The notes: generated by a model not told the origin, from the sequence alone. DNA of 64,000 bases from Longimicrobiales bacterium (GCA_965226375.1 CBDDCX010000005.1:192001-256000); one strand, 5' to 3'. Counted from the first letter of the stretch, positions 30,666 through 40,265 are shown. A program made the numbers and translations.

Positions 30666-31748
30666 CTAGGCTCTTCCGATCGAGTCGAGAATCCAGCGTG
30701 CGGTCGGCTCACTGCCGTTCGTGAGCTTGGAAGGAACCGAATTCAAGGCCATGAGATCGTCGAGCCGATCGATCCAGGCCCCTGTGGAGTAGTCCGCCTG
30801 GAAAATCTCCAGGGACGGGATCTCGCTCCGGGCGAAGTCTTCTAGTGGACCCGTCTCGCGGAAGTCGCTCCGTCCCACGTAGCCCAGAGGCCTGCCAGCC
30901 GCCCACACCTCAGTCAACGTGCCGTATCCCAGCTTGGCGACGATCCAGTCGGAGGCTCGGATCAGGTCAGGCAAGAAGAGCCGTTCGGCGTTGTGAAAGA
31001 GCCGAAGGTTGCCTTCTCGTACCGTTTGCTCCGAGCCCGTCACCACGAAGGTTACGTCCTCCCGGCGCCGAAGCTCCCCGAGAAAGGGAAGGGGTTGGCC
31101 CACCCCCCCCATGGTGATCAGGACGAGCGGCACCTCGCCACCCACATGGAGCTCATCTCTCACATCCTGACGCTCCCGTCGCGGACGGCGGCTGATCGGC
31201 GGCACCACCAGGTCGGATTCGGCCAGGGTATCGCATCTCGGTCGAGCCTGGATGTGTTGGCCGGCTTCGCCGAATCGTGCCCGCATCCACTCCGCTATCG
31301 GGTCGAAGCGGGGGTCCTGGGCGATGAGGGGCTCGTCAAGCCAATCCCACGTGAAGTTCTCGACCAGAACCGAAGGGAGCTCCGCTCTCTCGGCCGCCAT
31401 CAGACCGAGAGGTGAGATATCACAAACCACAGCCGTGCATCCCAGCTCACTCAGCTGGCCGGCGAGTACCTCAGCCTCTTCCGGCGCCCGCGAGATGAAG
31501 GCCTCGACGGCCGTACAGGTTGCCCCGACATCGAACTCGAGAGGCGAGGTCTGGCTGAAGCCGACGTCCGCGGCGCAGGGATGGTGCTGAAACAGTCCCT
31601 CCAGCGAACCCCCGAAGAACCACTCCGGCACGGTGGTGAACAGGTCGAAGCAAATCGTCGGGTCCTGTGCGTGGAGCGCCTCCATCACGGCGGCCGACCG
31701 AGCCGCGTGTCCGAATCCGTGGGGTGAGATGAAGAAGGCGAGGCGCAC
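30666..31748 (-). CDS. GT-B glycosyltransferase-like protein (L-arabinokinase N-terminal-like)
   Basis: ISPHGFGHAAR, ENFTWDW, AKLGYGT. Confidence 0.75.
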   Translation of the reverse strand: MRLAFFISPHGFGHAARSAAVMEALHAQDPTICFDLFTTVPEWFFGGSLEGLFQHHPCAADVGFSQTSPLEFDVGATCTAVEAFISRAPEEAEVLAGQLSELGCTAVVCDISPLGLMAAERAELPSVLVENFTWDWLDEPLIAQDPRFDPIAEWMRARFGEAGQHIQARPRCDTLAESDLVVPPISRRPRRERQDVRDELHVGGEVPLVLITMGGVGQPLPFLGELRRREDVTFVVTGSEQTVREGNLRLFHNAERLFLPDLIRASDWIVAKLGYGTLTEVWAAGRPLGYVGRSDFRETGPLEDFARSEIPSLEIFQADYSTGAWIDRLDDLMALNSVPSKLTNGSEPTARWILDSIGRA

Positions 31749-31813
31749 GGTGTCTAGCGTAGGCTCAAGGAGAGGTGGCTGGAGCGGTATGAGGGGCTTG
31801 CGGAGCGTCCCGA

Positions 31814-32464
31814 TCAAGACCCCGAGTCGATCTGCTCAACCATTCGCTGGAAGTCGGGACTGGTTTGCAGCGGCTCCCAAACGGGGTCCGTGGGAAGCCA
31901 CATCAGCGAGGGAGACCGGGCCTCGAACGCACTCTCCACCTGATAGACCTTGATGGGTTCGTCGATGCCCTTGGCTGTCCGTGTGCCACAGTCCGTGAGT
32001 TGCATGTCGGGCCGGCGACGGAGCTGACGCCTGACCTCTTCGCTCACCAGGATCTGGCCTGGCTCGGCGAGGCCCTCCAATCGCGAGGCGCGGTTGACCC
32101 CGTCTCCCATAATGTCCCCGTCCGGCCGGACGACCACGTCCCCCAGGTGCACGCCGATGCGGAGTTGATGCGGTCCGCCCGTCCAGCCTTCAGTCAGTTG
32201 CTGGAAGCGAAGCTGGAGTTGCAGAGCGGCCCGGGCTGCTCCCTCCGCACTGCGAAACTGAGCCAGCACGCCATCTCCTAGAAACTTCACGACGGTGCCG
32301 CCGTGCCGCTCAGCGGCGTTCCGCGACGCCGTCTGGAGCACCTCCACGATCAGCAGGGCCAGAGGCTCGTCGCCAGTGGACAGCGCGGTGTATCCCACGA
32401 TATCGGCAAACCAGACCGCCGCCAGCCGGCGGGATTCGGATAGGTCTGAGTGAGGAGGGCTCAT
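31814..32464 (-). CDS. Class III adenylate/guanylate cyclase-domain protein, probably internally deleted
   Basis: FADIVGYT, VKFLGDG, LRIGVHLGDV, GDGVNRASRLE; ends with a TPR-protein-like tail DPVWEPLQTSPDFQRMV. Confidence 0.8.
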   Translation of the reverse strand: MSPPHSDLSESRRLAAVWFADIVGYTALSTGDEPLALLIVEVLQTASRNAAERHGGTVVKFLGDGVLAQFRSAEGAARAALQLQLRFQQLTEGWTGGPHQLRIGVHLGDVVVRPDGDIMGDGVNRASRLEGLAEPGQILVSEEVRRQLRRRPDMQLTDCGTRTAKGIDEPIKVYQVESAFEARSPSLMWLPTDPVWEPLQTSPDFQRMVEQIDSGS

Positions 32465-32722
32465 GAGAGCGTCCGCTGCTGAGGGCCGGCTCGTGAGGTG
32501 AGACCGCCCGGTTGGCTACCCTCACAAGATGCTCGGCACCTCCCCACGATGTCCAGGAAGTGAGCTTCGACGACATGGCGAAGCCCTCGCTCGTATCGCT
32601 CTCGATCCACGAGTATCGGGCAGCCAACAAGTGCCCCCTCCCGCTTGCGGGTGGGACACCCTTTGGATCTATTCGGACCACCCGTTCGTCCACCTCACCG
32701 GCCTCGGCCGCGGGCCCCCACA

Positions 32723-33706
32723 ATGGAAACCAAGAGACCCACCAACCCCGCCGCCGAGGAGATCCTAGGGGGGTATTTCCCCGTCCTCGACCATGGATTC
32801 GTCAGCCTTGTCGACTACATGGGCACCGACGAAGACGTGGAGCGGGCTGCACGTGTCAGCTACGGGTACGGTACCCGAAAGGTGAGCCAGACCCGGGGCT
32901 TGATCCGATATCTGCGCCGTCATTACCACACGACGCCGAGCGAGATGGTCGAGCTCAAGTTCCACTGTGCGATGCCCATGTTCGTGGCACGTCAGTGGAT
33001 ACGACATCGGATGGCCTCTGTAAATGAGTATAGTGGCCGTTATTCGCTCATGCCGCTCCTCTTCTACAAGCCGGACCTGGAGCACTTCGCGCTCCAAAGT
33101 GCAGACAACAACCAGGGCCGACAGTCGGAGTCCGCTCCGTCGGAGCTGTACGAGAAAACGGTGGCGCACTGGGAGCGGGTCCGTACGGAAGCCTCTCAGG
33201 GGTACCGATGGATGGTCGAGGAAGACGTGGCTCGCGAGCTCGCCCGCATCGATCTTCCCATGTCCACGTACACGCAGTGGTATTGGAAGATCGACCTGCA
33301 CAACCTCTTCCACTTCCTGACGCTTCGGGCCGACCCCCACGCACAGTGGGAGATCCAGGAGTTCGCACGGGTCATGGCCGGCATGTTGAAGCGTGTGGCC
33401 CCACTCAGCTACGAGGCGTGGCTGGACTACAACGTTGGAGCCGAGCCCATGAGCCGAGCCGAGATGACCGTGCTGCGTCATCTGCTCGAGGGTGACGAAG
33501 ACGGTGTGCGAGCTAAGTCGAACGTGTCGCGGCTCACGCCCGACGATCTCAAGGAAATGGGGCTTTCCGGAAGGGAGGCTCGAGAGTTGGTCGACAAGCT
33601 CCACCCGCGCGACCTGCCGGACTATGAACTGGATCTCTCGAGAATGCGTCCCGCCGAGGAGTTGGCAAAGGAGTTGGAGGAGGCGGTTCCTGGCTCGTTC
33701 GAGTAG
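32723..33706 (+). CDS. thyX: FAD-dependent thymidylate synthase
   Basis: RHRMASVNEYSGRY ThyX motif, AARVSY, ARELAR, HAQWEI. Confidence 0.95.
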   Translation: METKRPTNPAAEEILGGYFPVLDHGFVSLVDYMGTDEDVERAARVSYGYGTRKVSQTRGLIRYLRRHYHTTPSEMVELKFHCAMPMFVARQWIRHRMASVNEYSGRYSLMPLLFYKPDLEHFALQSADNNQGRQSESAPSELYEKTVAHWERVRTEASQGYRWMVEEDVARELARIDLPMSTYTQWYWKIDLHNLFHFLTLRADPHAQWEIQEFARVMAGMLKRVAPLSYEAWLDYNVGAEPMSRAEMTVLRHLLEGDEDGVRAKSNVSRLTPDDLKEMGLSGREARELVDKLHPRDLPDYELDLSRMRPAEELAKELEEAVPGSFE

Positions 33707-33718
33707 ACGGAGTGCCGA

Positions 33719-34706
33719 GTGAGGCTCCGCCTCTCCGCGAGAGCATTGGCTGGGTTCTTGGCTTTAGCCGTCGCCGGGCCGTCGCTGTGTCCCGGTGCAC
33801 TTTGGGGCCAGGACACGTCGCGGTGGTTGCCGGGACTCCGCTCTTTCGATCCCCTCATCGCTGCCCCGCGTGAAACTCAGTTCCGGGGATCATTGGTTCT
33901 TGCGGACCGACCCGACATCGGGGACTATCCAGGCCGCAACATCGAGGCGGAGGTGGTGATCGGTCACAGCCGGGCCATCCTGAGAATGGATGGCGGCGAC
34001 ACGAGCCTCCGGGCGGTCACTCTCGGCTACCAGCTGGGCGTCTTCTCGCGCTTCTATATGCAAAACTCCCAGAAGGACCTGATCAACATCGATTATCGGC
34101 TGGGATTGCCGGTGGTCATCCGCAACGACAATTGGTGGATCAGGATAACGCTCCGGCACCTCAGCTCCCACGCTGAACCCGGGAGTCCGGCCTGCGTGAG
34201 CAGGTCGGACGAACAAGGAGCTTCCTCATGGAAAAGATGGTCGAAGTTGAGCGGGCCACGAGACGGCTGCGTCAGGGAGACGACTACCTGACGCGCTTCT
34301 CCGAGACGGTGTTACAAGAGAAAAACGAGTTGCCGCAACGCACCAGGGACGGCGTCGAGGGCCTATTGGCCAGGAGGTTCGGCTTGGGCGGACGCATCTA
34401 TGCCGGTGGCGACGTGAACTCCACATCAACTCGAAGACGTCCCGGGCCGTACTCCGAACGGGGCTGGAGTGGGATCCGCGAGGACCGAGCACGCACGATC
34501 GGGTCTGGCCCTTCGGTGCGGTCAACTTTGAATACCCCTCATTCACCCGCAGGTCGGGGACTACGCTGGTGGCTGGAATGGGGACGATGGTAAACGGACG
34601 GATTCTACGGCTCGAGGCACGTGGCCACTTCGGCGCCTCTCCGATGGGGCAAATGGCCGAGGCCGAGGAGACCCTGATCGGTATCGGCATCAGCCTAGTC
34701 CCGTGA
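33719..34706 (+). pseudogene. DUF1207-like outer-membrane protein disrupted by an insertion of about 100 bp and a frameshift
   Basis: FDPLIAAPRE, LINIDY, HLSSH then insert then GDDY; third frame ends HFGASPMGQ...IGIGISLVP-stop at 34706. Confidence 0.65.
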
Positions 34707-35245
34707 CACGAAACGCTCTCCCCCCCAGACCGTCCCAGCGCGAGCGCCGCGTGGGCGCACGCCGGACGCTGATGATCCTGGTCGTCACGATCTCGACCCT
34801 CGTCGTCGGGTCGGTGACCTTCATGGTACTGGAGGGCAGGGGTCGGATTCCGGAGGGGCGCCCGGTGTTGGCGATCCTTCCGTTCGTGGGCTCCACGTCG
34901 GGCTCCAACCGCTACGCTGGGTTCGGCGAGGGGCTGGCGTCCTACTTCAGCCGTATGGATCCGAGAGATCTCCTCGTCTTCGGCCCTGCCAGCACTGCTG
35001 ACCGCGTGGTAGCGGCCGACGGAGACGCACTCGCGGTGGGACGAGAACTCCAGGCCGACATGATCCTCGTGGGTCGCGAGATCACCCGCGAGGCGACGCT
35101 GGTGCTCCTGGCTGAACTCTTCCGGATCGACAGCGGCGCACTTGTCTGGAGTGGGGAATACGATGTTGGGGACGCGGCGGCACTGCGTCTGGCACAGACG
35201 AGAATCGGCACCGAAGTCACGGAGGTACTGGACCTGCCTCGTTGA
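34703..35245 (+). CDS. Membrane-anchored TolB_N/FlgO-like domain protein
   Basis: TM helix, then LAILPF...VGRELQAD...LVWSGEY; GTGA overlap with the upstream stop. Confidence 0.65.
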   Translation: MTRNALPPRPSQRERRVGARRTLMILVVTISTLVVGSVTFMVLEGRGRIPEGRPVLAILPFVGSTSGSNRYAGFGEGLASYFSRMDPRDLLVFGPASTADRVVAADGDALAVGRELQADMILVGREITREATLVLLAELFRIDSGALVWSGEYDVGDAAALRLAQTRIGTEVTEVLDLPR

Positions 35246-35269
35246 GCTCGAACCGTACGTGTCGCGGGC

Positions 35270-36175
35270 TCAGGAAAGAGCCGCCTCTACCGTTCCACAG
35301 TGAATCGCCACGGTGTCAGCAGGTCGGATGGCGTAGCCTCCGGCGAGAGTGATCGCCACGCCCACGCCCGCTTCCCTGGCGGTTGCCAGGACGTGTTCGT
35401 CCCGCGCTCTCAAGCCCTCTTGTGTGAGCGCCAGTCCGCCGAGTTGATCGGCTTCGTACGGATCGGCTCCGGCGAGATACAGGATCAACTGAGGACGATA
35501 CTCCTCCAGCACGCGGGGCAGGTGCTCCCCGAGTAGCCCCAGGTACTCGTCGTCGCCCACGCCGTCCTCCAGCCCCACGTCTAGATCCCCCGCCGGTTTT
35601 AGGGCAGGGTAGTTCCAGTGGTGGTGCATGGAAAAGGTGAAGACACCCGGCTCCTCCGCGAAGATGGAGGCGGTGCCGTTACCGTGGTGAACGTCGAGGT
35701 CGACGACCGCGATGCGCTCGACCACGCCCTGCGCCAGTAGCTCCGACGCGGCAATGGCGATGTCGTTGAGGAGGCAAAAGCCTTCGCCGTGATCTGCGAA
35801 TGCGTGATGGAATCCACCGCCCAGATGGACGGCTACGCCCTCTGCCAGCGCCAGTCGTCCAGCCTGGGTGGTCCCCCCGGCGCAGAGAAGGGACGCCGTC
35901 CTCAGGTCGTCGGAGAAGGGCAGCTCCAGGATACGCTCCTCCGAAGAGGTGAAGGTCCCGGTCGTAATCTGCTCCCAATATTCGGGCGTATGGACTCGGA
36001 GGACGGCCTCTTCAGACGCCGGCTCAGGTGACTCGAGGCGAGCCTTCTCGAGCCAGCCCCCCTCTTCGAGGCGGTCCTTTACCAACCGGTACTTCTCTAC
36101 GGGGAAGACGTGCTTTCCGATGTCCACCTCGTATCCGGGACACCAGATGACGGGAACCCGACCACGCTCGCTCAT
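35270..36175 (-). CDS. Histone deacetylase-family protein
   Basis: GGFHHA, GFCLLND, DLDVHHGNGT, AGAD, GGY. Confidence 0.92.
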   Translation of the reverse strand: MSERGRVPVIWCPGYEVDIGKHVFPVEKYRLVKDRLEEGGWLEKARLESPEPASEEAVLRVHTPEYWEQITTGTFTSSEERILELPFSDDLRTASLLCAGGTTQAGRLALAEGVAVHLGGGFHHAFADHGEGFCLLNDIAIAASELLAQGVVERIAVVDLDVHHGNGTASIFAEEPGVFTFSMHHHWNYPALKPAGDLDVGLEDGVGDDEYLGLLGEHLPRVLEEYRPQLILYLAGADPYEADQLGGLALTQEGLRARDEHVLATAREAGVGVAITLAGGYAIRPADTVAIHCGTVEAALS

Positions 36176-36377
36176 GCCGCACCCTCCCCTCCGATCAACC
36201 GCCGATTCATCAACGATCTGTGTCGCGCATCCCTTACATACGATCCGGAGTCGGGTTGAGGTTCCATGGAGCCTTGCTGCGCGTGCCGATCGTTGGGTTG
36301 ACGGGGCCGGCTTTCCGCTTGCTCTCGCCCATGGAGAGCCGATACCATCGGGCAACTCAAGGCATGGAGAAACCCCG

Positions 36378-36845
36378 ATGGGCGAAGTGGTCTACACGGC
36401 GGACATCCGCATCGAACGTATGAAAGGCCCGGTGCGCCGTGCCTACCTTCCCGCCACTCCCGAGCCCACGATGTTCGGCGTGCACGGCGCCATCGCCGAA
36501 CATTACGGAGTCGAGCCTGAAGAAGAATTCGCTACGACGCTCGATCACGTCATGGCCGCCGCGGGTGGCTGACTGACCGGTACCCTCGGAGGCGCGCTGG
36601 AGGCGCGCGGGATATCGGCAGGCGACGGACGACTCACGGCCAGAGTGAGGGGAGAAGTCGAAAAAGAGGATGGGGTCCTCGTGATCAAGCGGATCCACGT
36701 CCGCTATCGTCTGGTGGCAGATGTCGCGGACGAAGAGACCGCCCGGCGGTGCCAGGAGGTCCATCACTCTCATTGCCCTGTTTACAGAACGATCGAGGGG
36801 TGTGTCGACATCACTACAGAATTGGAGATCGAAACTCCGGACTAG
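36378..36845 (+). CDS. OsmC-like peroxiredoxin, probable selenoprotein (UGA = Sec65)
   Basis: One frame from ATG 36378 to TAG 36845 with a single in-frame TGA (36570-36572) in AAAGG-U-LTGT; downstream HCPV motif; SECIS-like hairpin. Confidence 0.85.
36573..36621 (+). promoter_or_regulatory. Candidate bacterial SECIS element
   Basis: Lower stem CTGACCGGTACCC/GGGATATCGGCAG, upper stem GCGCGC/GCGCGC, loop UGGAG starting 25 nt after the UGA. Confidence 0.7.
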
Positions 36846-36910
36846 TCTGGTGTCCCGGTAGTGCGCTCGATTGCGGCACATACGGGACACCGCGCTGGCC
36901 TGCTCTGCGC

Positions 36911-37597
36911 TCAGCGGGATCCTTCCGTCATGGCGACCTCGTCGCTTACTGCGCCGACGTGTTCGATGACGAGGGCCACCCTCCGATTCTCCCAGCCCTT
37001 CTCCCGCCCTGCTTGGCCGGGAGCCACGAGGCGAGCCATGTCTTCCCCATAACTCACCGTTCGGACGTTGCTCTCGTCGAATCCGCCTGACTCTACCAGG
37101 TAACTTCGGACCGCGTCCGCCCGTCTCAATCCGAGCTGTCGGTTGTATGCCACCGACCCGGCCGGATCCGTGAATCCCTCCACGGTGATGAGGGCCTCGG
37201 AGTAGAACTCCAACACGACACTGCTGAACCGGTCCAGGACCGGCAGATCTTCGGATCGGAGATCGGCCTCATCGAACGCGAAGTACACGGGCATGTCGAA
37301 GCGAACGGCGCTCCCCAGGCGCTCCACCGTGATATCGAACTCACTCTGAAGCGCCGTGAGGCTCTGGGCCAGTCCGTCCAGACAGGCCGAAAGCTCCTCC
37401 ATCTGTTCGTCTGTGAGCCGGCCAAGATCGTTCACACGCTCCTGGTTGGCTCGGTCGCCCTCTTCGATCTGCCGACGGAGGGACTCGACCTCGGCGTCGA
37501 ACTGCTCGCGGCCCACATGGGCGCACGCGCCAGTAAGGCCGGCGAGGAAAAGGGTCAGGGCCGCAGTCGCCTGCAACCGGGTTCCCGCGTTGATCAT
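36911..37597 (-). CDS. OmpA/Pal-family lipoprotein with a coiled coil
   Basis: Lipobox TGAC; YFAFD, VEGFTD, YNRQLGLRRA, SYGE, NRRV; AGGAGG RBS. Confidence 0.9.
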   Translation of the reverse strand: MINAGTRLQATAALTLFLAGLTGACAHVGREQFDAEVESLRRQIEEGDRANQERVNDLGRLTDEQMEELSACLDGLAQSLTALQSEFDITVERLGSAVRFDMPVYFAFDEADLRSEDLPVLDRFSSVVLEFYSEALITVEGFTDPAGSVAYNRQLGLRRADAVRSYLVESGGFDESNVRTVSYGEDMARLVAPGQAGREKGWENRRVALVIEHVGAVSDEVAMTEGSR

Positions 37598-37674
37598 CGG
37601 TCCTCCTGCATCATGGGTGCTCATGTGCTCGTTGTTGAACGCGCTGGTCGCGCTCAGGCACGGAGGGCACACGA

Positions 37675-37690
37675 TGCAGGAAGGGTGCCA
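37675..37690 (-). promoter_or_regulatory. Candidate sigma54 (-24/-12) promoter for the OmpA-family gene
   Basis: TGGCACCCTTCCTGCA with correct GG-N10-GC spacing, about 80 nt upstream of the start. Confidence 0.55.
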
Positions 37691-37720
37691 ACCCGCCGTG
37701 CTACTTCAACAGACGTCTAG

Positions 37721-37878
37721 TGTCCTGTCTCAGAAATACGCTGGCATTCGTGAACCGCTGCATCCACCCTGGCCGCGTTGTTCCTCCTCAAAATAGCCTT
37801 GCTATTCCTCGTCGTCTCGCCTTGCCAGGCCGGCGCATCGGTCCCCTCGGTGCGTCACCGTATTTCTGAGACAGGACA
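37721..37878. mobile_element. MITE-A: 158-bp miniature inverted-repeat element
   Basis: Perfect 20-bp TIR TGTCCTGTCTCAGAAATACG; CTAG at 37717-37720 and 37879-37882. Confidence 0.88.
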
Positions 37879-39246
37879 CTAGGCGACCCAGACCGTCTTG
37901 ACGTTCACGAACTCCCGGATTCCTAGTGGGGAGAGCTCCCGGCCGTATCCGCTCCGCTTGGTGCCGCCGAAGGGTAGGCGGGGATCAGATCTGGGGAAGG
38001 AGTTCACGAAGCACGCGCCGGCGTCCAGCCATTCGGCCGCGATCCGCTGCCCGTGCTCCACGTTGCCGGTGTAGACGGAGGCACCCAACCCATACGCTGT
38101 GTCGTTTGCCACACGCAGGGCCTCCCCTTCGTCCGCCACGGGTATGATCACTGCCACCGGTCCGAAGAGCTCCTCGTCGTAGGCCGGCATTCCGGGCCCC
38201 ACGTCGGTGAGCACGGTGGCTGGGTAGAAGTAGCCCGGCGTCTGCGGCAGCTCGCCACCCATCAGAGTGCGGGCCCCCTTGGCGATACTCTCGGTCACCT
38301 GCCGGTGCAGGTTGTCTCGGAGATCCGCTCGTGCGAGAGGTCCTACCGTGGTGGTCGGATCCGTCGGGTCTCCTACCACTGCCTGCGACATCCGCTCGAC
38401 CACCCCCGCCTCGAACTCGTCGCGCACGTCGTCTACCACGATCAGCCGCTTGGCCGCGATACAGCTCTGCCCGGCATTGATCAGCCGACTCGTGATACAG
38501 GCCGTGGCAGCAGCACCGACGTCGGCGTCCGCCAGGACCACGCTGGGGTCGCTTCCACCGAGCTCCAGCACCGTTTTCTTGATGGCCGACCCCGCGGTGG
38601 CGGCCACTGCCCGTCCCGCCCGGGTACTGCCGGTGAGCGTCACTGCCTGGACGCGCTCGTCCCGGATGATCGCGTCCACCTGGGGCACGTCCACGACCAG
38701 GGTGCTGAAGACGTGACCTGGGTATCCCGCCTTCCGGAACAGCGCCTCGAGCGCCATGGCACACCCGGTGACGTTCGGGGCGTGCTTGAGGATCGCCGTG
38801 TTGCCGGCGGTGAGCGTAGGCGCCGCAAAACGGATGACCTGCCAAAAGGGAAAGTTCCAGGGCATGATGGCGAGGATCACACCCAAGGGCTGGTACGTGA
38901 TGAAGCTCCGTGACGCGTCGGATTCGATCACCTCATCGGCCAGGAATTCCTCGGCGTTGTCCGCGTAGTACTCGCAGACCCAGGCGCACTTCTGAATTTC
39001 CCCCGCACCCTCGGCAAGCGGCTTTCCCATCTCACGGCCCATGAGCTGGGCGTATTCTGTTTCACCCTCGCGCAGGCGGGCCGCCAGTCCTCGGAGCCGC
39101 TTCACCCGGTCCGCGAGTTCGACACGTCGCCACATCTGGAAAGCCGCGTCCGAGTTGTGCACCATGTCTTCGATTTGCGCCGCCGACATCTCGGGATATG
39201 TCGACACGATTTCCTCAGTGGCGGGATTTACCGTCGTAATGGTCAT
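37879..39246 (-). CDS. NAD(P)-dependent succinate-semialdehyde dehydrogenase (GabD1/Sad-like)
   Basis: IMPWNFPFWQ, TGSTRAG, LELGGSDP, AGQSCIAAKR, EELFGP, PFGGTKRSGYGREL. Confidence 0.88.
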   Translation of the reverse strand: MTITTVNPATEEIVSTYPEMSAAQIEDMVHNSDAAFQMWRRVELADRVKRLRGLAARLREGETEYAQLMGREMGKPLAEGAGEIQKCAWVCEYYADNAEEFLADEVIESDASRSFITYQPLGVILAIMPWNFPFWQVIRFAAPTLTAGNTAILKHAPNVTGCAMALEALFRKAGYPGHVFSTLVVDVPQVDAIIRDERVQAVTLTGSTRAGRAVAATAGSAIKKTVLELGGSDPSVVLADADVGAAATACITSRLINAGQSCIAAKRLIVVDDVRDEFEAGVVERMSQAVVGDPTDPTTTVGPLARADLRDNLHRQVTESIAKGARTLMGGELPQTPGYFYPATVLTDVGPGMPAYDEELFGPVAVIIPVADEGEALRVANDTAYGLGASVYTGNVEHGQRIAAEWLDAGACFVNSFPRSDPRLPFGGTKRSGYGRELSPLGIREFVNVKTVWVA

Positions 39247-39364
39247 GCTTTCCGGTCCTCGACTTGCTTCTGTTAGCTGGAATACTGAGGATGAGCCTCC
39301 GGAGGTTCGATGGCCAGGGGGTCATTCTGCTCCTCTGGGCCACTCGACCGAGGCGATCACTCTG

Positions 39365-40195
39365 GTGCACGATGTCCCTCTGAGGAGAATCGACCTCAGG
39401 CTCCCCGAAGACGATGGCAACCCGAGGGTGTTCCCTTTCTCGGTGGATGCTCTCCAGGGCCTCGATGCACTCGATCTCGACGGCCCCGTTTGTTGCTTCG
39501 TCGGCGAGAACGGCTCCGGGAAATCCACGCTCATGGAGGCCTTGGCTATTGCCACAGGACTGCCCACGGTGGGCTCTGTCAGTGCGTCCCGTGATCGAAG
39601 CCTCGAGGCGCAAGCCAGGTTGGCGCGGTGTCTGAAGCTGGTCTGGAATCGCCGGAGTCGCCGTGGGTTCTTCCTGCGGGCCGAGGACTTCTTCGGATTT
39701 GCCCGGCGGTTGGTGGAGATGCGAGCCGAGTTCAAGGATGATCTTCGAGAGATCGACAAGAACTACCGGGACCGCTCCGAATATGCACGCATGCTCGCTC
39801 GGGGACCGGCCAACCGCTCGTTGGGCGAGATGGAAGGCCGCTATGGCGAGAATCTGGATGCCAACTCCCATGGGGAGAGTTTTCTCAAGCTCTTCCAATC
39901 GCGTCTCGTCCCCGGCGGTCTCTACCTGCTGGATGAGCCCGAGGCCGCGCTGTCTCCGCAGAGCCAGCTGGCCTTTCTGGCCATGATCAAGGACAGCGTG
40001 GACGACGGGTCCCAGTTTCTCATTGCCACCCACTCGCCGATCCTCATGGCCATTCCGGGCGCCACCCTCTTCAGCTTCGATCAACGACCGGTCTGCACCG
40101 TCGCATTCGAAGATCTGGAGCACGTGAACCTGATGAGGGATTTCCTGGCGCAGCCGGAGAGGTTTCTGCGTCACCTGTGGACGGATGGCGATTGA
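39365..40195 (+). CDS. Stand-alone ABC/AAA-type ATPase
   Basis: GENGSGKST, SHGESF, LLDEPE, IATHSP; start approximate. Confidence 0.85.
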   Translation: MHDVPLRRIDLRLPEDDGNPRVFPFSVDALQGLDALDLDGPVCCFVGENGSGKSTLMEALAIATGLPTVGSVSASRDRSLEAQARLARCLKLVWNRRSRRGFFLRAEDFFGFARRLVEMRAEFKDDLREIDKNYRDRSEYARMLARGPANRSLGEMEGRYGENLDANSHGESFLKLFQSRLVPGGLYLLDEPEAALSPQSQLAFLAMIKDSVDDGSQFLIATHSPILMAIPGATLFSFDQRPVCTVAFEDLEHVNLMRDFLAQPERFLRHLWTDGD

Positions 40196-40265
40196 CGGTC
40201 CGCTGAGTGGGCCCCGCCGATGTCGTGAGTCCGCTAGGCTCGCGACGTTGCGTGGTAGTGGGGCT

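Noticed and set aside
32465..32722. Possible small gene or RNA between the cyclase and thyX
   Set aside because: Overlapping ORFs lack an RBS and motifs; no convincing structure seen
39365..40195. Stand-alone ATPase as part of an anti-phage defence system
   Set aside because: No adjacent nuclease, TOPRIM or other effector gene; matches a common orphan ABC-ATPase type
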